A DNA stretch of 64,000 nt from an uncultured Bacteroidales bacterium (GCA_903887775.1 CAISRB010000032.1:24853-88852); one strand, 5' to 3'; positions 48,701 through 57,236 are shown, counted from the first letter of the stretch. Program-made: numbers and translations. Notes: a model not told the origin generated them from the sequence alone.

Positions 48701-49133
48701 AGGAGATTGCACTTCCTATGGTGCCCTTTATCAATGGGATGAGCTTATCCTGTATGGCGTAACTGCCGGACCGGCCTACCAGGGTGTATGCCCCCCGGGA
48801 TGGCATGTTCCTTCCCAGCTGGAATGGCAGGATCTGATTAATGCTGTTTCAGGCTCATCAACCGGAACCCCCGGTGATGGAATTGCAGGGAGTTATCTCC
48901 TCGACCCAAATCAGGCCAACGGGTTCCATGCCTTGCTCAATGGTGTTTACTATCTTAACAATACATGGGCATTCACTTCAGGCAATCCACTGAGCGCAAC
49001 CATGTTCTGGACATCAACAACCAGCGGTTCTTCACATGCCGTTGTCCGTGGATTGAATAATTATACCTACAGCGTTTCATTTTATTTGTCCTCCCGGGCC
49101 AATGCCTTCCCTGTAAGATGTGTTAAAGATTGA
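45726..49133 (+). CDS. giant secreted protein: Cys-rich head, Ig/PKD-like repeats, adaptor, C-terminal FISUMP domain
   Basis: About 1135 aa from ATG 45726 (the track start at 45717 is a TTG), with a signal peptide. The Cys-rich head reads PCDGAKVACS...WYFMQV...DVDFVCWGPF...CSYS. Ig-like modules follow. The C-terminal DYRDNTTYQTADFNGICWMTENLRYG...GALYQWDE...GVCPPGWHVPSQLEW...FPVRCVKD is the FISUMP pattern. Confidence 0.85.
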   Translation: MKKEQCNFAFLSFTFFLFIFLFSINPEAFSRTIAYDVQAWNSKVPVNAGTVLCADESIDTLQTIVRFDHEENGVYYYLVKLSQFHSEFERLQFYTLAGERGIFIADKNEYHDDDALFITKFDDEQARLAFRDILQREKEVDLSTSDSAKMNFVRSSPFHYPADSKQTNGPGPPGPVPCDGAKVACSANTYSFPAGTTGYAPDPDPAGYPNYGCLQKSPVHYAPGPAWYFMQVGVAGNIVINISASSPIGATMDVDFVCWGPFPSLTDGCGSGLTGTCNIAGQPNCCNNNDLPTCSNFYPRGNITDCSYSPSATETCHISNAQVGEMYILLLSNFNGNSGIITFSQTASSTGVTNCNIVSNCSIIAITSNPTGCDLLTNTFSVNGNIEFTNPLATGTLTITDNTAVPPVSQTFVPPLTSPLPYNLTNIPCDGAVHSLTAVFSDNLSCTLTKQFTSPAPTCPQAHISGGGSICNDGIHQATVSVDFPVGMPPYTFIYAINGISQTAITHNSNTPYQLSTTVPGTYTLVSVSNQVCSSGSVSGSATVIVNPIPNVSTSVPSPVTICSGATAQLALSSTVPGTETVTSFAWTASGNASTIIPVPSGISGNGNIVQMLSNTGNVVEPVVFHIMPTTTAGCSPATPTDFIFNVNPVPSVTTLTQGIPSTEQSVCSGSSTWPVNLQTNVSGPAVSYNWTNTCDPGITNCPPASGNSNPIPVFAPVNPTTTIQNIVYSIVASVNAGSGTCPGPPASYTVHANPLPVSSFTGSTTVCQLHPDPYLYPANTGPACSYTWSISPASSGSIANANVSPASITWNNPGTATLRLDAYTGIGCTSFSSSGITINPKPDASMTSCSDLATSRSAKRFLLKGGLPVTPTQGEYLVTPASPALVFDAGNYYFDPSLVPGNSSATFNISYKYTSSLFGCPAISPTSIAVSVLGANPPCGTSMIDYRDNTTYQTADFNGICWMTENLRYGAPIAAATPQSDNCITEKYCESGDCTSYGALYQWDELILYGVTAGPAYQGVCPPGWHVPSQLEWQDLINAVSGSSTGTPGDGIAGSYLLDPNQANGFHALLNGVYYLNNTWAFTSGNPLSATMFWTSTTSGSSHAVVRGLNNYTYSVSFYLSSRANAFPVRCVKD

Positions 49134-49196
49134 CCTGAAATTTGAATTTGCCCTGATTTGTCGTATATTGCGTTTCAAATCAATGAAATCGCAAAT

Positions 49197-49751
49197 ATGG
49201 ATTATTCGGTAAAGTATAATTTCAAATGGAAAGATCTGGGTGATATCGCCCTTGGGAGACCGAATCTGGGACCTCTTACAAAAGTCGCTGTTTACCGCCT
49301 GATGGAATATACCATGCGTGATGTCCTTGAAAAAAGGTATGGCGCAGTGGAAACAAATAAGATTTTTTTTGATTCCGGCTTTCTTGCAGGGAGTGAATTC
49401 TGCAGGAACGTTCTTAATAAATCATTAAAGTTCAATGAATTTATTTCAGATCTGACCCAGAAGCTGCTTAACTTTCAAATTGGTGTTTTACGGGTTGAAT
49501 CGGCGAATCTCGAGACATTCTCTTTTGTGCTTACTATCAGCGAGGATCTTGACTGCTCCGGACTGCCATTTTACGGCGTACCGGTATGCGATTATGACGA
49601 GGGGTTCATCGCGGGGATACTTCATATGTATTCCGGGAGATCGTTCGAAGTCAAGGAAATCGACTGCTGGGGAACCGGGGAACGAACATGCAGGTTTACC
49701 GCAAAACTTATAAACCAGCCTGAAATGTCAGAACTGACGGCAACCAACTAA
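49197..49751 (+). CDS. V4R (4-vinyl reductase-like) domain protein, putative small-molecule binding
   Basis: ATG at 49197 (the track start at 49158 is a TTG). The C-terminal half PVCDYDEGFIAGIL...EIDCWGTGERTCRF shows the Cys pattern I associate with V4R/COG1719 hydrocarbon-binding proteins. Confidence 0.65.
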   Translation: MDYSVKYNFKWKDLGDIALGRPNLGPLTKVAVYRLMEYTMRDVLEKRYGAVETNKIFFDSGFLAGSEFCRNVLNKSLKFNEFISDLTQKLLNFQIGVLRVESANLETFSFVLTISEDLDCSGLPFYGVPVCDYDEGFIAGILHMYSGRSFEVKEIDCWGTGERTCRFTAKLINQPEMSELTATN

Positions 49752-49762
49752 ACAAGACGTTT

Positions 49763-50251
49763 ATGAAAAAAACCCTGGTTTACCTGCTGATCGCATTCAT
49801 CGGATTTGCATTTGCCTGCCGCAAAACAAACAACCCTCCACCTGTTCCTTTTACGACATTTAAGGTTAACGGTACGCCGCTGACATATTACAATTATTCA
49901 AGATTCTGCAAGGATTTCTGCGGTTCCTCCACGTTTTGCGGAACTTTTGACCTGGCTGATAATATTCTGCCGGCTGAATTACTGAAGATTGGACTTCCGG
50001 GCAACCCTGTGACCGGACAGGTTTTCAAAAGCGGGGACTACCGTTTCGTTTTCACTTATGTTGATGCCAGCCAGACATGGTTTAATATCAGCGGCGGCAG
50101 TTTGAAACTCACAATAAACAAATGGGAAGGCCAAGGTGGTTGGGCTATTGGTTCATTCTCCGGCACTTTAAAGGCTTCAGATACCGACAGCGTGAATATC
50201 ACTGAAGGTTACTTCCAGAACTGGATCTGGACAACCATAAAGAATAAATAG
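49763..50251 (+). CDS. hypothetical lipoprotein
   Basis: 162 aa with lipoprotein signal MKKTLVYLLIAFIGFAFAC. It starts 11 nt after the V4R gene. I do not recognise the family. Confidence 0.6.
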   Translation: MKKTLVYLLIAFIGFAFACRKTNNPPPVPFTTFKVNGTPLTYYNYSRFCKDFCGSSTFCGTFDLADNILPAELLKIGLPGNPVTGQVFKSGDYRFVFTYVDASQTWFNISGGSLKLTINKWEGQGGWAIGSFSGTLKASDTDSVNITEGYFQNWIWTTIKNK

Positions 50252-50303
50252 CGAACCTGTCACAATCCCAGAGAGCAAAGTAACTATCGCTCAATTACTG
50301 CCA

Positions 50304-51989
50304 TCACCTGATCTTCCCGTTTACCATCGCAAGAATTTTTTCTTCCCTTGCTTTAGCTGCGTCAACAATCTCCCCGGCTTCCTTCAGCAGTTTATCAAGA
50401 AAAGTTTTATCCTTCAGGCCGGAAGCATTGATCTTGACATTCAGGTAAGCCCCGATAACAGCCGACCTCACACAAAGAGCTCCCACACCGGCATCAGTCA
50501 CAGAGTTGGGGTTTCCTTTATCAACCATAGCCTCGATGATATCGAAAGATTCATACGCCTTTTTCATCGTCTTAAAAGGGATCTCGATAGCATATTTTGT
50601 TGCATCCTGTATCGCCGCTGAACGTATGGCTTTCTCTTCTTCTGATCCTTTGGGAAGCCCGAAAGCGTTCATGATACGGTTGAAAGCGCGGGTATCTTCA
50701 TCAACTAAGAAAAGTAATTCATCTTTGAGGTTTTGTCCTTTTTCGGCCCAGTCGCCAAACCATTCCCACTCCTCATCCCATCCTGGCTTATGGGAAGAAA
50801 GGTTCGCAACCATTGTCCCCAGGGAAACCCCGAGAGCGCCGATATATGCTGATACGGAACCGCCCCCGGGAGCAGGGGATTCCGAAGCCGTCTCGTTTGC
50901 GAAACCTTCAGCGGTCATTCTTACAAGCTTCCGGTCTGCAGTATCCTCAAGTATAAATTCAATGATCTTTTCTTTCGGATTAAAGGGTTTCAGGTCATCC
51001 AGCCCAAGTGATTTAACGGCGATCCTGATGATCTCATCTTCTGAAACACCAGCTGACCGCTGTTGTTTCCTGAGGAAATACTTCCCGGCCTCAACCATAG
51101 CCCGTTTGGGGATAAGGCCGACGAGTTCGCTGCCGGTAACCCTCATTCCGCGTGCCAGGGCTTTTTCACAGGCAACTTCAAAAGCCAGATGCACCGGGGT
51201 AATACTGATGTTGGTCAGATTGATCGAAACCTGGGCAATGCCGTATTCCTCAATAAACCAGCCAATGGCTTTGCAGGCTTTCAGCGCACCCGGAACCCAT
51301 ATTTCATCTCCTTTTTCATCTTTCTTTATTTTTCCTGTAACCTGATTGCCTTCGCGGACAGGCCGTCCCTTTTCGCGTATGTCATACGCAACAGCGTTGG
51401 CCCTGCGCGTTGAAGTCGTATTCAGGTTCACATTGTATGCAACCAGGAAATCTCTCGCTCCTATAGCTGTTGCACCTGTGCGCGGATTGAACAGGGCCGG
51501 GCCAAAGTCAGGTTTCCAGCGGGGATCGGCAAGCTTTTTCGGAAGGCCTTCGTATTCGCCGGCCCTGCAGTTGGCCAGGTTGCGGCGTTCTTCAGTGAAG
51601 GCAGCATTCTCGTAACAGTATACAGGTATCCCGAGTTCCTTTCCAACACGCTCGGCCAGTTTGCGGGCATAAGCCGCGGTTTCTTTGATGCTGATGTTTG
51701 AGACCGGGACCAGAGGGCAAACATCGGTTCCCCCGAACCTGGGATGTTCCCCCTTATGTTTGCTCATATCAATTACCTCCGATGACTTTTTGATAGCCTG
51801 GAAAGCAGCTTCCAAAACAGCATCCGGACTGCCTACAAAAGTCACCACGGTACGGTTGGTTGCCTTTCCGGGATCAACGTCCAGCAGGCGAACACCGTCA
51901 ACATTCTCAATTTCATCGGTAATCAATTTAATCAGATGCATGTCAACCCCCTCAGAGAAATTGGGGACACATTCGATGAGCTGTTTCAT
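50304..51989 (-). CDS. bifunctional glutamate formimidoyltransferase / formimidoyltetrahydrofolate cyclodeaminase
   Basis: 561 aa. The start MKQLIECVPNFSEG is the formiminotransferase signature. The C-terminal roughly 200 aa is helical and cyclodeaminase-like. The enzyme belongs to the histidine degradation pathway. Confidence 0.9.
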   Translation of the reverse strand: MKQLIECVPNFSEGVDMHLIKLITDEIENVDGVRLLDVDPGKATNRTVVTFVGSPDAVLEAAFQAIKKSSEVIDMSKHKGEHPRFGGTDVCPLVPVSNISIKETAAYARKLAERVGKELGIPVYCYENAAFTEERRNLANCRAGEYEGLPKKLADPRWKPDFGPALFNPRTGATAIGARDFLVAYNVNLNTTSTRRANAVAYDIREKGRPVREGNQVTGKIKKDEKGDEIWVPGALKACKAIGWFIEEYGIAQVSINLTNISITPVHLAFEVACEKALARGMRVTGSELVGLIPKRAMVEAGKYFLRKQQRSAGVSEDEIIRIAVKSLGLDDLKPFNPKEKIIEFILEDTADRKLVRMTAEGFANETASESPAPGGGSVSAYIGALGVSLGTMVANLSSHKPGWDEEWEWFGDWAEKGQNLKDELLFLVDEDTRAFNRIMNAFGLPKGSEEEKAIRSAAIQDATKYAIEIPFKTMKKAYESFDIIEAMVDKGNPNSVTDAGVGALCVRSAVIGAYLNVKINASGLKDKTFLDKLLKEAGEIVDAAKAREEKILAMVNGKIR

Positions 51990-52032
51990 ATTGATGGATC
52001 AATTAATAAAATTCGCTGCAAATTTATAAACT

Positions 52033-54525
52033 TCAGCTCTTCCTGCGCAACTCTTCTGCTTTCTCGCGCAGTTGCGAAAGCAAAACAGGAATGGACTCCC
52101 TCAGGCTTTTCACGAGCCCAGGTAACTTTTCAAGGTTTTCATTATTCCTCGAGTATTGATGAATAAGTTTGATGTTCGACCGCAGGGCTCCCGAAGCCAG
52201 CATCTCGAGGCTTGATTTGATCTTATGCGCTGCCTTTGCCAACTCGTCCATGTTGTTCTCATCAAATGCCGTGAACAACTCTTCCGAATATTCGGGTGTG
52301 ATCAATATGAATTGATCAATCATGTCGATGATACCTTCTTTATTGCCGCCAAGAAGTTTTGAGAGTTTGCCGAGATCATAATGCAGGGTGACCAGGTCAG
52401 CATCCTGGGGCCCGCTTTGTAAATTTAATTCCGGATCTGAGAGGTAGCGGGGGCTGATGCCGAAGGAAAATAAAAGCTGGCTGTAAAGAGTCTCCTCTTC
52501 AAATGGTTTGGTCAGGTAACCGTTCATGCCTGCTTCAACGGTCTGTGCAATGGCTCCCTTCGTGGCAAAAGCGGTCAGGGCAATCACCGGTATCGAAATA
52601 TTCAGTTCTTTCCTGATAACCCTGGTGGCAGTACAACCATCCATCACAGGCATCTGCATATCCATCAGGATAAGATCGAAATTCTTTTGACTGACTAATT
52701 CGATAGCATCCATGCCATTCGAGGCTATCTCTGTCATGATGTTCCACTTGCCGAGTATTGATTTGACAATGAACTGGTTGAACTTATTATCCTCGACTAC
52801 AAGGATGGTCTTGCCCCTTAATACATCAGTGTCGATAAAGATCTTCTGGCTTGCATCGTGAAGCAAAGAAAGATCAGTGGTTTCAAATTCAACAGTAAAA
52901 AAGAACCTGCTCCCCTTGCCTTTCTCACTTTCCACCTGCAGATCGCCTCCCATCAGGCTTACAAGTTGCCTGCTGATCGCCAGCCCAAGGCCTGTCCCGC
53001 CGTAAACACGGGTAATGCTCTCATCCTCCTGCTTGAACTTCTCGAATATGGCCCCCAGGTTTTCTTCACTGATCCCAATCCCGGTATCCGAGACTGAAAA
53101 AAGGAAGGCCGCGTTATTGCCGGTTTCATTCACCAGGGTGCAGGATAAATCAACCCCTCCTTCGGAAGTGAATTTGATGGCATTATTAACGAGGTTGGTA
53201 AGGATTTGCTGAAGCCGGCCGGGATCGCCTATCACAGCTTTTTTAAAGGGTTCATTCAAAGAAGTCGTCAGGATAATGGTTTTTTCTTCAGCAGCATTCG
53301 AAAGGGAACCGTAGACTTTCGGGATAACCTTGTTAACATTGAACGGTATCTTTTCGAGCTCGACCCTGCCGGCTTCAATCTTCGAAAAATCGAGAACTTC
53401 ATTGATGATACCAAGAAGGTTTTCGCCTGAGATCAGCAGTTTGTCGTTGAGAATTTTTTGCTCCTGGGTCATATGTGTATCCCGCATCAACCTTGACAAG
53501 CCGATTACAGCGTTGAGAGGCGTCCTGATCTCATGGCTCATATTCGCAAGGAACGAACTTTTAGCCATGTTTGCTGACAGGGCTTCCGCAGTTGCTTTCC
53601 TCAGGTCTTTCTCAATCGTAACCCGGCCCGTGATATCGCGGTACTGCCACAGGTTTCCCAGAAACTTGTCTCCCTGGAAAATCGGTATATAATCACGTTC
53701 GAAAATACGGCCGTCGGTTAATTCAAGCTCCTCGCCTGTCACCGTGACTTTATCCATAAGGATGGTGTCGATGCGGCTTACAAAATTCACGGGATCAACA
53801 AACAAGCCCTTCGATTGCTCTGCGGAATCAGAGCAGTCCGACCCAACCAGCAGCTCAGGCGCCACCGGGATCCCGAACATTTCGCAGAAGCGCTTGTTGA
53901 TCAGAGCGATATTTCTGTCCTGGTCCTCCACAAGGATCCCAAACTGGAGGTTTCTGATGAGGGTTTCAAGCCTTATCGTGATTGCCGCCAAATTGTCATG
54001 AGCCTTTTTCTGTTCAGAATTGTTTATGATATTGGCATAAATGCTTCCGGCAATGTTACAGATAAAGGAAAGTATAACCAGGTGCTCCTCGCTGAATCTG
54101 TTTTTCTGAGAGCTCACAATACCGAAAGCGCCTACAGGCTGGCTGCCGTTAAGTACGGGAATATAAAGCCTTGAACGGACTACGAAACTGCGTTTGGATG
54201 ATACCGTAAGGTTTGAAGCATCACTCTCGGTATCGGGGATATTAAGTATCTTCCCGGTTTTGAAAACATATCCGGGATGCCTGTCCATTGCGGTGCTGTC
54301 TGCATCTGCCCTTTCCTGTTCGGTAAATCCTTTCGCGACCAGAAGTTTGAGTCTCTTTTCCTCGAAATCATAAAGATACAAACCCGATGATTCAATGTCT
54401 AACAGATCTTCCAATACTTCACTCACATTGGTGGCGAGTTGTTCAATGGTTGTGATCCTTGCGAAACACTGGGAAAAGTTGTCAATCCTTTTCAGTACCT
54501 CCAGCTTATCAGGGATTTTTGTCAT
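52033..54525 (-). CDS. cytoplasmic hybrid sensor histidine kinase / response regulator (GAF-PAS-HisKA-HATPase-REC-HPt)
   Basis: 830 aa with no obvious TM helix. It has H-box MSHEIRTPLNAV, ATPase G-box GGTGLGLAI, receiver DLILMDMQMPVMDG and C-terminal HPt AHKIKSS. Confidence 0.9.
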   Translation of the reverse strand: MTKIPDKLEVLKRIDNFSQCFARITTIEQLATNVSEVLEDLLDIESSGLYLYDFEEKRLKLLVAKGFTEQERADADSTAMDRHPGYVFKTGKILNIPDTESDASNLTVSSKRSFVVRSRLYIPVLNGSQPVGAFGIVSSQKNRFSEEHLVILSFICNIAGSIYANIINNSEQKKAHDNLAAITIRLETLIRNLQFGILVEDQDRNIALINKRFCEMFGIPVAPELLVGSDCSDSAEQSKGLFVDPVNFVSRIDTILMDKVTVTGEELELTDGRIFERDYIPIFQGDKFLGNLWQYRDITGRVTIEKDLRKATAEALSANMAKSSFLANMSHEIRTPLNAVIGLSRLMRDTHMTQEQKILNDKLLISGENLLGIINEVLDFSKIEAGRVELEKIPFNVNKVIPKVYGSLSNAAEEKTIILTTSLNEPFKKAVIGDPGRLQQILTNLVNNAIKFTSEGGVDLSCTLVNETGNNAAFLFSVSDTGIGISEENLGAIFEKFKQEDESITRVYGGTGLGLAISRQLVSLMGGDLQVESEKGKGSRFFFTVEFETTDLSLLHDASQKIFIDTDVLRGKTILVVEDNKFNQFIVKSILGKWNIMTEIASNGMDAIELVSQKNFDLILMDMQMPVMDGCTATRVIRKELNISIPVIALTAFATKGAIAQTVEAGMNGYLTKPFEEETLYSQLLFSFGISPRYLSDPELNLQSGPQDADLVTLHYDLGKLSKLLGGNKEGIIDMIDQFILITPEYSEELFTAFDENNMDELAKAAHKIKSSLEMLASGALRSNIKLIHQYSRNNENLEKLPGLVKSLRESIPVLLSQLREKAEELRRKS

Positions 54526-54952
54526 TGGTTTCCTTTTTTAATGAATCCAGGGCAGCAAGGGCGCATTCCTGGTCTTTACTATAATGTCCGCCACTGATGC
54601 CGATGGCTCCGATCAGCTGGCTGCCGGAAACAATGGGCATTCCTCCACCCATCAGCATAAAATCCATAAACCCATGCACACCCTCCCTCAGGATCGGGTC
54701 GTCTTTGATAAAACTGAACCAGGAGTCTCCTGTCGGAATGCCTAAACCCACTGCAGTTATTGCCTTCTTTCTCGAAGCATCGACCGCAATGAGCGGTGCA
54801 TTGTCCATCCTGGCAAACAGTTTGAGAATCCCGCTTTCATCCACTATTGTAACGGCAATGGCCATCCCGAGTTCCCTGGCTTTCTCAAAGGCAGCCTTTG
54901 TCATATGTTCTGCATCCGTAAGGCTGACCGATCTTTTAATATAATCTTCCAT
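54509..54952 (-). CDS. GlcG/HbpS-like (DUF336) putative haem-binding protein
   Basis: MEDYIKRSVSLTDAEHMTKAAFEKARELGMAIAVTIVDESG...IGAIGISGG is the DUF336 pattern. I prefer the ATG at 54952 to the upstream TTG at 55012. Its 3' end overlaps the sensor kinase start by 17 nt. Confidence 0.8.
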   Translation of the reverse strand: MEDYIKRSVSLTDAEHMTKAAFEKARELGMAIAVTIVDESGILKLFARMDNAPLIAVDASRKKAITAVGLGIPTGDSWFSFIKDDPILREGVHGFMDFMLMGGGMPIVSGSQLIGAIGISGGHYSKDQECALAALDSLKKETNDKNP

Positions 54953-55184
54953 TGGATTGCTTTTAACGAGGTAAATATAAGCAAATTCAAAGAAAAGCAT
55001 CGGGATCAACAACCATCAGGCAATGTAAAAAAAAATGAAAATATTATATTCAGGCGGATTTTCTAAATTTGTAAAGATTAAAAATTATTACCAAATGAAA
55101 TACACATAAGGACTACGTTCATACTAATCGTGAATGTTAATTATGTGTATTCCATGTGACCATTAAAAAACAAATTATTAACAC

Positions 55185-57236
55185 ATGAAAACGTATTTAC
55201 TATTACTCATTCCCATGGTATTGATCCTGACTGAGTGCCGGCAGAAAGAAACTTCTGAACAGAAACAGAACGTACAGTTTGTCACCCAAAGTACGGTTGA
55301 TACTGTTATTAAAGTTCTTGTCGCAAAGTATGGCGAAAGCCAGAAAGCAAGAATTGAAAAAGGAATTAAGCAGGCCGCAGCACTGTGGACCGAAAAAGAC
55401 GGCAAAGATATCGACTTCAGGGACCTCTGCCTGAAGTATTTTGTGGGCGACCCGTCTAAACTCGACCTGCTGTTCAACCGCCTTTCCGGCAATTTTGAAC
55501 AGCTTTTTGGCCGTTACAACCTGATCACGCTCTCGATGAAATGGGCCGTCCATATTGACATTGGCGAGATGCTCGATGTGGATGAGATCTTCGGGGCATG
55601 GGACCCTGCAGCTCACTTCAACGATGATTTCTTTACGAACAAGATCGCTTTCATCACCTGCATGAATTTTCCTTTTTACACTCTTGCTGAGAAGGAACAA
55701 CAGGGCCCGAAATGGTCAAGGAAGGACTGGGCATACTCCCGCCTGGGCGATATGTTCACCGCCAGGGTTCCTGCCGACGTGAGCCAGAAAGTATCCGACG
55801 CTCTGTCATCCGCCGAAAATTACATCAGTAATTATAATATTTACATGGGGAACCTGCTTGATGAAAAAGGACAGACCCATTTCCCGAAGGAAATGAAGCT
55901 GATCTCCCACTGGAATCTCAGGGATGAACTTAAAGCCAATTATAACAAGGGAGATGAAGGACTGCTCAAGCAGAAGATGGTTTACAATGTGATGCTGCAC
56001 ATCATCGACCAGAGCATTCCCGATTCGGTCATCAACAAGTCCGGATACCAGTGGAACCCTTTCTCCAACAAGCTTTTTAAAGATGGCAAAGAAATCTCCG
56101 CCTCTCCCGAACCGAACAGGCGCTATGATATTTTCCTGAACAACTTCAAGGCTATGAAGACGATGGACCAGTACACTCCTTTATACCCGACATACCTCCT
56201 CAGGGCCTTTGACGGGGGCATGGAGATCAGGCAGGAGCAGGTTGAAAAACTCTTCACCGACCTGTGTTCATCTGCCGAAGTGAAAGCAGTCGGGAGTTTG
56301 ATCAGTAAAAGGCTGGGCCGCCCGTTACAACCCTTTGATATCTGGTACGACGGGTTCAAAGCGAGAAGTACGATGAACCAGGATGAACTGGATAAAATCA
56401 CAAGGGCAAAATACCCCGATCCCAAGGCGTATGAGGCCGATATCCCGAACATGCTTATCAAGTTAGGTTTTAAACCTGAAAAAGCGAAAGAAATCGCATC
56501 GCATATCACTGTTGACCCTGCCCGCGGCAGTGGCCATGCATGGGGGGCACAGATGAAGGGCGACAAAGCCCACCTTCGCACACGTATTGCGAAGACCGGC
56601 ATGGATTATAAAGGATATAATATTGCTGTTCATGAGATGGGGCATAATGTTGAACAGACCATTTCGCTTTACATGGTTGATAACTATATGATGCAGGGAG
56701 TTCCCAACACCGCATTCACAGAAGCCCTCGCATTCATTTTCCAGAAACGCGACCTGTTCCTTCTTGGCAAGAAAGACAATGACCCGAACAAGGAAGCACT
56801 GGCAGCAATAGACCAGTTCTGGATGAGCTATGAGATCATGGGTGTTTCCCTCGTCGATATGGCAGTCTGGAAATGGCTGTATGAGAACCCTAACGCCACT
56901 TCGGAACAATTAAAGGAGAAAGTGATCGGCACGGCAAAAGATGTCTGGAACAAGTATTATGCCGGTATTTTCGGGGTTCAAGATTGTCCTTTGCTGGCAA
57001 TTTATTCCCATATGATCGACAGTCCCCTTTACCTTCCGAATTACCCGGTTGGCCATCTGATCGATTTTCAGATCGACGAATACCTGAAAGGAAAGAATTT
57101 TGCAGATGAGATCATGCGCATTTACTCGGCCGGCCGGCTGATCCCTCAGCTGTGGATGAAAAATGCCGTCGGCAGCGAGATCTCAATCAAGCCTATCCTC
57201 GATGCAACGGATAAAGCGCTGAAGACAATTAAGTAG
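55185..57236 (+). CDS. putative gluzincin metallopeptidase lipoprotein (HEMGH...E)
   Basis: 683 aa with lipoprotein-type signal (LLIPMVLILTEC). The zinc motif VHEMGHNVEQ has a downstream Glu (FTEALAF) about 26 residues after the second His, as in M2/M3-like gluzincins. The exact family is not recognised. Confidence 0.6.
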   Translation: MKTYLLLLIPMVLILTECRQKETSEQKQNVQFVTQSTVDTVIKVLVAKYGESQKARIEKGIKQAAALWTEKDGKDIDFRDLCLKYFVGDPSKLDLLFNRLSGNFEQLFGRYNLITLSMKWAVHIDIGEMLDVDEIFGAWDPAAHFNDDFFTNKIAFITCMNFPFYTLAEKEQQGPKWSRKDWAYSRLGDMFTARVPADVSQKVSDALSSAENYISNYNIYMGNLLDEKGQTHFPKEMKLISHWNLRDELKANYNKGDEGLLKQKMVYNVMLHIIDQSIPDSVINKSGYQWNPFSNKLFKDGKEISASPEPNRRYDIFLNNFKAMKTMDQYTPLYPTYLLRAFDGGMEIRQEQVEKLFTDLCSSAEVKAVGSLISKRLGRPLQPFDIWYDGFKARSTMNQDELDKITRAKYPDPKAYEADIPNMLIKLGFKPEKAKEIASHITVDPARGSGHAWGAQMKGDKAHLRTRIAKTGMDYKGYNIAVHEMGHNVEQTISLYMVDNYMMQGVPNTAFTEALAFIFQKRDLFLLGKKDNDPNKEALAAIDQFWMSYEIMGVSLVDMAVWKWLYENPNATSEQLKEKVIGTAKDVWNKYYAGIFGVQDCPLLAIYSHMIDSPLYLPNYPVGHLIDFQIDEYLKGKNFADEIMRIYSAGRLIPQLWMKNAVGSEISIKPILDATDKALKTIK

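Noticed and set aside
45087-49133. A diversity-generating retroelement (DGR) targeting the FISUMP C-termini. I recall C-type-lectin-like folds, including FISUMP/DUF1566-like domains, as DGR variable-protein folds, and the tails contain Asn/Tyr-rich stretches such as NNYNYS versus NNYTYS.
   Set aside because: No reverse transcriptase or Avd-like ORF lies in the window, and there is no non-coding template-repeat copy of the 3' ends. Differences between the two near-identical tails are scattered, many at third-codon positions, rather than confined to adenine positions. An RT outside the window cannot be excluded.
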